This document shows positions 9,683 through 18,591 of a stretch of 28,181 nt of DNA, one piece after another. The DNA comes from Cyanophora paradoxa CCMP329 (lineage: Eukaryota; Plantae; Glaucophyta), in assembly GCA_004431415.1 (NCBI GenBank), contig QPMI01000009.1, positions 1 to 28,181 of the forward strand, given 5' to 3'. Under the pieces are notes generated by a model. The model saw nothing but the letters and a program-made list of their open reading frames with translations. It was not told the origin of the DNA and ran no database searches. Every line of letters starts with the position of its first letter. Within the stretch, counting starts at the first letter, position 1. A program made the translations under genes and the position numbers.

Positions 9683-12548
9683 CTAGAGGAGGGCGAGGAG
9701 GGCGGCGAGGAGGGGCAGCGCGAGGCCAGGCCCGGGGCGCCCTCCGCCGCGGGGCGGCGCCCGAGCTCGAGGGGCCATTCTGGAGGGCGGCGGGGGGCTG
9801 GAAGAGCCCGCCGGGGGGCGGCGCCAGGTCCGCCGCGGAGCCGGGGGCGCCCAGGCCGGCGAGGGCAGCGGGCTCCCGAACGCCGGCTCCCTGCCAGGCG
9901 CCTAATAAGCTGAAGAGAAGAGAGAAGAGGTTGGCTTTGGGGGTACGGGCACGGGCACCGGTCGGGGCGGAGGCGAGGCCGATGGCGCCGAGCGGCGGTC
10001 GAAGACGGGCGCGTAGCTCCGGAAGAAGAGCGCACCGAGCACGAACCCCGGCGGGCTGAGGGCTGGATCAGGAGTGGGGAGGATAGACGAGCGGGACTCT
10101 GAGAGGGGCGCACGCGCGGCTCGTGTTGCTGCGAACGAAGGTCTGGAAGCCGAAGAGGCACTCGCCGGAGCCGCCGAGGGAGGAGGGTACAGCGAAGACG
10201 TAGTCGGCGGGCTCAGGAAGATCGGCACGGGCCCGAGATCGAAAGTGATGTTCGGGAGGCGGCCCGCCCTCCCGCAGTCGAAGGGGAGCTCCGTAAAATC
10301 TCTGGTGAAAAAATGAGGGGGGCAATAAGGCGGAGGGGGGTAAGGGCGCGCGTGAAGTTGGCGGGCGGCTCCATGCCGATCGCGTCCATTAGGATCCTCT
10401 GGATTTCCACCCCGTCGTCTGATATTGTTCGATTCGGAATAAGAGAACGGGGGAATTTGAGCGAGGGGGGTACAGCAGTGCCCGCGCACCCTCCGGGATG
10501 GCGAGAAGGGAGGTTCCAGAGTCGATGACGGCGAAGCAGACGCCTTCCTCGGGGCCCCCGCAGCCGCCCTGGGCAGAAGACGATATCTTAGACTTGGGCA
10601 GAGGGCGCGGGGGGTACGGCGCACGACGGGGCGGCCGTCGAGGGTCACGTTGGCGAGGGGTACGGCCCAGTAGCTGTCGCTCGCGATGGGGGCCCAGTAG
10701 TAAGTGCGGTTCAGATCTCGCCCCCCGAAAACCATCTGAGCCGCCTTGATCATGAGCTTGAGCGGTCTTGGGGAGGGCGGGTGGGCAAAGGGGGTACGCG
10801 CGATGCTCTGGGGGCTGCGGGGTCGGAGGAGGGGGAGGGTACGAGGTAGAAGGAGGCCTCGGCGAAGGGTAGAACGTTCTGCGGGAGCCCGCTCTCAGAG
10901 CCTCGAGCTAATGATCATGATCATAGAAGAAGGGCCCGCGGACGCTCGCGTCCCGGCTGTCGTTGTGCTGCCTCTTATCGTAGGATCCCGAAGGGGTACG
11001 GTGCGCGGACCTGGAGGAAGCCGTTCTCGAGGATGGTGGCGCCCTCGTCGGCCCCGGACTCGGCGCTCGTCGGGCCCAGGCCCAAGATCCCCGAGATCGG
11101 TCCGACGTCTGAGGGCGAGGGCCCCGTGGTTCAGCGATTCGGTGGCTCAGTGATGCGAAGATTCGATGCGGGGGGGCGCCGTGCTTAAAGCAAGTAAGGG
11201 GAAGCTTGAGATATCGAGGGGGGCCGGGCGGGGGCGGGGGCGGGGCGGGGGCGGGGGCGGGGGCGGGGCGGCGCGCGGCGCTGAATGTCTCGGCGTCGAT
11301 GTGCGTCGCCAGGGCCACCGGCTGCGGGGCTAACATCAGATCGGAGATCAGATCAGACTCGTCGGAGCGAGGCTCAGATCAGATCGGCGCCCGTGACCAA
11401 AGGAGGGGAGGGGGGGAGGGGGGGGGGGGGGAGGGGAGAGAGAGGGGGGGGGGGGAGGAGGGGAGGGGGGCTTTGCTCGCCTGGTTCCTCACAGTGACGT
11501 TCCCGACGGTGACGGTGTCGACGCCGAGCTGCCCCGGGCCCCCGCCCCGCAGGCAAAGAGAGAAGGTCACACGGATCGATGGTTTCGAACTTCGGAAGGC
11601 GTTAGGGCGGACCGAGCCGAGGAAGTAGCTGCGAACGAAACAATCGGAAGCCGTCGGGGATCGGAGAGGAGGGCCAAAGAGGGGGGGTACGCGCACCCGA
11701 TGCCGTAGCGGACGGCGACCTGGGGCGGGGTCTCCCCCGCCGTGGTCGCGTTCGCGAAGGTCGAGGACGCCTGCGCCGAAACATTCTGAGGCGGTCCGGG
11801 GCGAGCAAGGGTATGTGCAGGCGCACGAAGGGGTTGAAGAGGCGGCCACCGGCGCACGACCGGTCGCAGAGGACGCTCTGGCTCATATGATCAGGTGGCA
11901 ATGTCGAAGTTCGAGCCCGGCGCGCGAGAGCGGTTCCCACCTTCACCCACGTCAGCGTACTCCCGTATCTGGAACGACACCGAAGGACTGCGGCGGGGTT
12001 CGATCGAAAGCGTGTTCAAGAGACCGACCTGCGCATGCGCGCGCGAGAATCGAACATCGAGCGCGGCGTGCGCCGGCTCCCGGCCGCGGGCGCTGGCCAT
12101 GGCCGTCGACGCCCCCGCTTGGCTGGAGACGTGCGCACAAACGAGTCGACCAGAGGCACGGCGGTCGCCCCGGGCGTAATGTTCATCGTTTTGAGTGTTT
12201 CCTGATGCACGAGCAGCTGTGCGGCGAGTGAGGAGAGAGCGCCGCAGCCAGCCGGCGCTGCAAAGAGCAGCGCGCACGCGTCGTGTTCCGCCGGCGTCCA
12301 GCGCGAACGGCTGCGCAGCGGCGGCGTGCGCGGAGAGAAGCCGGGGTGGTCCGCCGCCGGCAGCGAGCGCCTCCCGGCGCGGGCTAGCGCATCAGCGACT
12401 GTGTGACCGCATCGTAATCTCAGCGCGCCAGGGCCCGCGCGCGCCGGCCGCACCTGTTTGTCGTGGAACGGACGCTCTGTTTCTGCGCGGCGCTCACGCT
12501 GGCCGCAAGGAGAGCGAGCAGGAGAGCCGTGAAGCGTGTCGCGCGCAT
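9683..12548 (-). CDS. Pepsin-family (A1) aspartic protease with signal peptide and probable GPI-anchor signal
   Basis: Signal peptide MRATRFTALLLALLAASVSAA; TPPQSFGVVPDTG (DTG at 11961-11969); SSTF; VAVRYGIG flap; GQLGVDTVTVG; GILGLG; SYWAVPL; FAVIDSGTS (DSG at 10515-10523); LPNITF; FVLGALFFRSY..FD; C-terminus ...LALPLLAALLALL* (stop 9683-9685). Many short introns; some indels assumed. Confidence 0.9.
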
Positions 12549-12632
12549 CGCTGCCAGGCCACTGGGCTGCGCGCGTGAGGACGGCAGTTTTTTTTCACTC
12601 GGGGGGTAGGGCAAACCTTGGTCCGCGCCGAA
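12549..12632. promoter_or_regulatory. 84-bp bidirectional promoter/5'UTR spacer between the protease and RHL1 start codons
   Basis: ATG (-) at 12548 and ATG (+) at 12633; contains a T-run near 12587-12595. Confidence 0.6.
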
Positions 12633-15244
12633 ATGAAGAAGAAGGCGCAGAAGGAGGATTCCGATGCGTCCGACGCGTCCGACGCTTCCCTTGAGGAGGT
12701 TCCGGTGCGTCGCTCTCGGGCTGCGGCGCTGCCAGCGCAAAGTGAACGCCTGCGCCGCAGAAGCCGAAGCGCGCGAAGAAGGATGCGGGCGGCAAGGCGA
12801 AGCCGAACGAAGATCCGCTAGAGAAGGCGACGCGCGAGGAGTCCGCCCGCCTCGCGCGGGAAGCGTACAAGACCGAGACGCTGCGGAAGCAGCGGCCCGA
12901 CGTGTACGGCGTCCTCAAGCCGCCGCCGGGTGCCTGCGGCGGCCATTCGGGGTGCTCTGATCTGAGGCCGGGGCGTGCTGCAGCGCTGCGGAAGCTCGAC
13001 GGCTGCGACGTGGTGAAGAAAGCGCGGCAAGGCCGGCCACACGGGCCGATACCTCTTTGTCTTTCCGATGCGCGAAGCTGCCCGGTCCTCTGCGCGCGCC
13101 GAGCGCGGCCGCAGGGCGAGCTCTCGGAGGGCAAGGCGGCGGAAGATGGGGACCTGGAGCACCTGGACACCCGAACCCCGTGCTGCATTTGGAGTACCGG
13201 AGGCCGGCTGCGGCTGCGGGGCACGCTCATGTACCCCAAGCTCGGTACCTCACGCTGCAGTGCGCGCCGCGGCGCGGGTGGCCCAGTGCTCCGACCCCTT
13301 CGAGACCCTCGTCGTCTTCTCGGAGGCGAGCCGCGCGCCCTCCCTTCTCCCTGCTCTTCTCCTCCTCCTCCCCTTCCGCGCCCTCTCTGCTGACCGGGCG
13401 GCGGGGGCAGGCGCGGCGTGTGGCAAGCCGGAGGAGAACCCGGACGGCAAGCCCTGGAGCTCCCAGGCACCTCAAGTGGACGGCGCGCCGGCGCTCCCTC
13501 GTTCCCTCTCGCGCGCGCCCGTTCTGAGCGCCGGCGCGCAGGCGGAGAAGGCTGCGTCGCTTCCCAAGTCGGGCGAGCAGCAGCAGCAGCAGCGCGGCGC
13601 TCCTCCGGCGCGCCGGGGCCAGGGCCGCCCCGGCGCCGGCGGGGAAGAGAGGAGGAGGACGAGTGGAGGACGAAGCTCGGGCGGGGAGACGATGGGCGGA
13701 GCGGGGGCGGCGGCCGGCGCCCCGCGGCGGCACTCGGCGGGTGGCGGCGGACGGCCCGCAGCGCAAATCGTACAAGGAGCAGCAGGGCCGACGACGACGA
13801 GGGCGAGGGCGAGGGCGAGAGAGCGACGCGGAGGGGGGAGCGGCTCCGACGCCGGTGCGGGGGTACCCCCCTTGCGCCCGCCCTCCGCGCGGACCCTCCC
13901 GGCAGAGGCGCAGGCCCGAAACGGGGCAAGAGCAAGGCGGCGGCCGCCGCTGCGCCGTCCAAGCCGAAAGGTGCCGGCCGCAGCCCGCTCCGCGTCTCGT
14001 CTCCGGGGTACGCGGCCGACGCTGACGGGCCGACCGGGGTACAGAGCGAAGCAGCAGGCGGACTGGGGTTCCTGATGGGCGGCAAGGGCCCCGCCGCGGG
14101 CCCGGCTAAGGGCGCGCCGGTACGCGCCGCACCGCCGATCTCGTCGTGCACGCCATCCCCTGACGTCGCGTACCTCCCCCTCAGGAGGCAAGGCGGAGGA
14201 CAAGGACAAGGCGAAGAAAGACGGGGCGGAGGAGGCGAGAAGCGGGCAAGCCTGGGAAGAAGCGGGAGGGGGAGGGGGAGGCCGGGCGCAAGCCGAAGAA
14301 GTCGACGGGCGGGGAGAAGGCCGAGGAGAAGAAGAAGGCGCGCATGGGGCCGGCCGGGCCGGCCGGGCGAGCGGCGCCGTCCTGAACTCGGAATCACTCG
14401 GTGCGCAGCACCGGGAGGGGCGGCGGCGGCAGCGGCTGTCATATCACTGGACGCGAGCGACGGGGGAGGAGGAGGAGGAGAAGGAAGAGGAGAAGGGCGG
14501 CAAGGCCAGCGGCAAGAAGGGCGGGGGCAAGGCCGGCGGCAAGGGCGGCGAGGGCAAGGGGCGCGCGGGGGGCTCGGGGCCCAGCAAAGGGGGGGCCTCG
14601 GGGGCCCCCGGCGCCGCCGGGGCGCCCCCCAAGGCGAAGAGCAGCAAGCCGGTGGTCCTGGACGAGGAGGACGAGGAGGACGAGTTCGGCTTCGCGGACG
14701 CGTGCGCCCGCCCCGCCCCGCCCCGCCCCGTGCGATCCAAGCAGAGGCTGCATCGGGATTCAGACGGCCCCTAGATGGAAACAGAGGTGCTATCTAGAAT
14801 TTGGACGGCCCCAAGATGTAAATAGAGGGTTCACGAATATTTAGACGGCCCTTGGTTTGATTCGCGTGCCCCCGCAGGTGGGATGCGGTGGAGCAGCAGC
14901 GGGCCAAGGCCAAGACGCCCCCTCGCCCGGCGCCGGCGCCGGCCGCCGCGAGGGCCTCCGCCCCCTCCTCCTCCGCCGCCCCCGCTGCCCCCGCCCAGGG
15001 GCCCTCCTCCCCCGGCTCCCTCTTCGCCCCGCCCCCCCCCGCAGCCTCCGGCCCGAGCGCCAAGGCGCCCCCTTCTTCGGCGGGGGCGGGGGCGGGGCGG
15101 GCGCCAAGCAGGGACCTGGACGGCTTCCTACGGGCCAGCTCCAAGGTGCGCCCGCCGCCCCGCGCCCCCCGCCCCCGGCCCCGCCCCTGCCCCCGGCCCC
15201 GGCCCGGCCCCCGCGGCTCATCGCCGTCGCGGTCGTTCCAGTGA
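12633..15244 (+). CDS. RHL1: ROOT HAIRLESS 1-like DNA-binding protein (topoisomerase VI complex subunit) with long low-complexity C-terminus
   Basis: Spliced/indel-corrected pieces LKPPP..LRKLDGCDVVKK..RYLFVFP..GDLEHLDT.NPVLHLEY..GRLRLRGTLMYPK.RYLTLQ..QCSDPFETLVVFSE..GKPEENPDGKPLELP follow plant RHL1 as recalled (HGTDIIRK..RFLFSFPG..LSTKNPVLYL..GRMKLFGTILYPKNRYLTLQF..CDDYFDNMIVFSE..GTKEENP). The 3' end (..SRDLDGFLRASSK, TGA 15242-15244) is less certain. Confidence 0.85.
14737..14855. repeat. Intronic ~41-bp degenerate minisatellite, 3 copies
   Basis: RGACGGCCC cores at ~14762, ~14803 and ~14843, each preceded by an AGAGG motif; AT-richer than the flanks; lies in an intron ending cccccgcag at 14877. 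Confidence 0.75.
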
Positions 15245-16533
15245 ACCGCAAGCCCCGTCGCGCGCGCCAGCCTTGGATCGGAGGCTCTGGGCGGCGTGCG
15301 CGGCGGCCGCAGGGCCCGCCGCCGCGGCTCGGAGTTCACGAGTCAGCAGGCTGAGAGGCCCGGCGCGGCCCACCCCGCCGTCCGGCCGGCGCGGCCGGGC
15401 CGGCCCGCGGCCGCGACTCCCGACTCCGAGTCCGTACTACGGTATCCCGCGAGGCCGGGGCGCCCGTGTCCGACTCGCCGCGGCTTGATTGAACTCGCCC
15501 GGCCGCCGCCGAGTCGCTTGAGCTTCAATTCAGGCTTCGTGTTTAGCAATTAGAGCTGGAAGGTTCACGGTTCCCCACTTTTGGAAATTCTTCAATTGCA
15601 CATCAAACGTTGCAATTAGCCATCGCCGTCGCCATCGACGTGCGGCCCGGTCCGACGGTCCGACGGTCGACGTCCGGCAGCCCGGCCCGGGGCCGGCGCC
15701 CCGCGTCCGAACTCGGAGCCTCGGAGCTCAGAACTTGGAAGCCCGCCGCCGTCGCCCGCGGCCGGCCCGGCGGCAGGCCGCGCGCGCGGCCGCCGGGCTG
15801 GCGGCGAGCCTGGCGCCCCGCGGCGGGTCGGCCGGCGCACGGTTTACAAGTTCAGACTCTCTCAGACTTTGACGGGTACTACCACCACACAATTAACTTA
15901 CCATAACTTGAAGACTTGATCATGAAGCCGCCTAGAAGTTGAACTTGTTTAACAAATGTTGTGTTGCAAAAACTTGCAATTGAAATCACAATGAACTTGA
16001 ATGAAGTACTAGTGTAGTACTATAGTGGTAGTGCTAAAGGGCTAGTGTTACCAGAAAAAGCAAAGCTGGCCAGTACTAGTGATCGATTCAGATCGAAATG
16101 CGAAGTGATGTAAATGACGAAAAGACCACCAAAATACACGGGTGTTAGCAATTAATATTGCAATTCCTGACAACGACAAATATGAGAAACAACACACATG
16201 CATGCGAAGGGGTACGCTCTGTAACAAATAAATCGAAAACGATGTATACATGTACATGCATATGTCTCAACAAAGATAACATTGGTTTGATTTGTTTTGG
16301 ATGATAATAATTTAAAGGCTTGCACGTGCAGAAAATTAACATGTACTGTCCGATCGCGACTTCTCGATACCGATGAGAGACTATTCAGAGTCTCTGTTGA
16401 CGTCACCGAGGATCCGGAAAACCTCTGTTTACGTAAAAGTGGCCTTTCGAGGTATCGAAGGAACTGAGCTCGCGGGTCAAGCCTCAAGCCCGGCCAGGCT
16501 GGCACTTCAGCTAGCGCTGCAGCTGCAGTCTGC

Positions 16534-16587
16534 AACTGCCGGCTAACTGCCGGCTAACTGCCGGCTAGCTGCCGGCTAACTGCCGGC
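16534..16587. repeat. 11-bp tandem repeat (AACTGCCGGCT) x ~5
   Basis: Read directly; one A>G variant. Confidence 0.95.
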
Positions 16588-16796
16588 CCGGCGCGCGGCT
16601 AATTACTAAGAAAAGTTACATGCAAGTTGCAATATTAATTGGGCTCATGGTTTATCATAGTATTCTATAGCTACGTATACGATCATCGGATATCGATCGA
16701 TACTTATAATTAACTATGATAGCAGGCTGTTAATTAAATAACAGCGCCAGCTTAAGCTTGTTCACAGGCGGCTTACAGCTGCAGGCGGCTTACAGC

Positions 16797-17190
16797 TAGG
16801 GTTGGTGAATTTCATGAAATTCAAAAATTTGGCGTTGAAACTGAAAGTCGACCCTTTGAAAGCTTTGAAAATTCAATTGAAATTTCAATCCGCAGTGCAG
16901 CACTTGCAGAGACCCCACGCACTGCGGAGAGTCTCTTTCACTCTGAATTGTCTCTAATCGACTTCACTCTCACTCTCTGAGTCTCTTTACGGGCTGGGAG
17001 GGCTCCCGGGAAGGCCGGAGGGGCTGGGAAGGGAAGCTGAGCTCGAGGTGCGAAAACGGAGAAATTCAATATATTTTATTATTTTTATATTCTATTTCAA
17101 TGCAATTTCAACGGGCGGCGTTGAAATTGAAATTGAATTTTCAATTTCAATGCAATTTCAATGGCTTGAAATTTCAAGCTGCCAACCCTA
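16797..17190. mobile_element. Non-autonomous hAT-superfamily MITE, 394 bp
   Basis: Perfect TIR TAGGGTTGG (16797-16805) / CCAACCCTA (17182-17190); perfect 8-bp TSD CTTACAGC (16789-16796 and 17191-17198); dense subterminal TTGAAA/TTTCAA motifs at both ends. An 8-bp TSD with TAGGG termini is typical of hAT. Confidence 0.9.
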
Positions 17191-17833
17191 CTTACAGCTG
17201 GATTGGCGCTTAGACGGCTACGAGGCTAGATCGAATCTGGCTAGTGAGCGAGCTGCAAATTAAGCCTGCAATTAGCCTCAGCCTGCAGCTGGCAGCCTGT
17301 GGCAGCCTATAGCTAGGGCCTGCAAGTTGCCAAAAAGTTGGCTGCAACTTGCAATTGCCATGCATATGGCCATTTGCAAGTTTGCAATTTTAAAAAAATT
17401 ATGCTGCCAGTGTGAGTTTCGGAATTCGCCACCTTAAAGCTTCGAATTCGATTCGCGGCGATTTGGAAACTTGAAATTGGATCATCGGATTCGTCATGAT
17501 CAGCAATGATTCAGCATTCGGCCCGAGCGCGTGCGCGCTCATTGTTCAAGGTGCGCGCGATCGTCCGACGGTCCGGCGTCCGGCGTCCGACGGTCGCGAT
17601 CGCCGAGTCGACGCGGTCCGATCTAGCCTCGCAGGCTCGGAGGGCGCGCGCGGCGCGCCCCGCGCCGGCGGGCCGCAGCCCCCGGGCCCTGGCCGGGCCC
17701 GCCGCGGGCCGGCGCGCCCGGCCGCGGGTCGGCCAGGAGAAGGCAGCAATCGCGAAATCAGAACATCGAGACTCGGCTATGATCATCATCGTCATACCTC
17801 CGGCGGCCCTCCGCTGTGCCTCAGAGTAGGGTT

Positions 17834-17850
17834 TATTATATATATATAAA
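17834..17850 (+). promoter_or_regulatory. TATA-like tract (TATTATATATATATAAA), candidate promoter of the downstream spliced unit
   Basis: Ends in TATAAA, ~100 bp before the GC-rich exon/intron series; could equally be an (AT)n microsatellite. Confidence 0.4.
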
Positions 17851-18591
17851 TCAGACTAAATTTTGTAAATCTGGTGGATTTTCTAGCGGTTTTCATAAAT
17901 GTCTAGGCGTCGACCTAGCAGGTCGGCCTAGGTCCGGAAATTTCAGCAGGATTTCCGGGAATCCGCCGCCAGCGGCCGGCGGCCCGGCTCGCAGAGCATC
18001 CCGCGCGTTCGCACGCGCTCTCCGGCCTCTCTACAGCCTTTCCCGCACGTTCGAAATCCTGGAAAGCCCCCGCGGCTCGCCTTCTTCTCAGGCGCGGGGC
18101 CCCGCGAGCGCCAGCGTCCCGGTCCGCGCCCCGGCCCGTTCGCCTACAGCCTCGCCTTCTCGTACACGCACTCGGCGTAGTACTTTCTCACCGTGGTACG
18201 CTTCGTCCTCCCCCGCGCGCACTCCCCGCGCCCCGCGCGCCGTCGCCTCCTTCGCTGACAATCGCGACTCCACTCGCCCCGCTGCAGCCAGCGCCGCACG
18301 ACGCGCGCCCAACCGCGCACCTCATCTATGCTCTGCGCACTCTGCGAATTCACGTCCATCGTCGCCCGAGCCCTCTTCTGCGCCGCGCCCCGCTGACCGC
18401 CCCGTGCAGCACCGGCCGCTGCCGCGCGCCGCACCGCCGTCCAGCCGATCGCAGCGGGCGTGCCCGATCGTAACTCAAGCCAGCACAGCTCGTGAGAGCC
18501 CCGCCTTCCCGCCCCGCCCGCTCTAAACCGCGCCCCGCTGACCGTGCAGCATGGCCTGGGTTTCCGACACGCGCCGCCGCGCAACCAGCAG

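Noticed and set aside
12595-14442. 615-aa minus-strand ORF
   Set aside because: Antisense to RHL1; Arg/Pro/Ala-rich with no domain.
5630-15244. Programmed frameshifting or pseudogenisation of the conserved genes
   Set aside because: The frame breaks are single-base events, often at homopolymers, across several conserved genes with intact motifs; uncorrected long-read errors are the simpler explanation.
15543-16152. Element bounded by TTAGCAAT copies (15543, 16145)
   Set aside because: No inverted counterpart of TAGAGCTGG before the second copy; AT-rich 8-mers recur by chance here.
18144-18359. Minus-strand ORF MDVNSQSAQSIDE...KRTTVRKYYAECVYEKARL as a BED-finger/transposase start
   Set aside because: No complete Cys/His pattern and no downstream transposase; splice signals are better on the + strand.
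18328-18473. Spliced micro-ORF MLCALCEFTTGRCRAPH... as a C2H2 finger
   Set aside because: Only ~29 codons, wrong His spacing, and dependent on a weak GTCCAT donor; cannot be excluded if indel errors are present.
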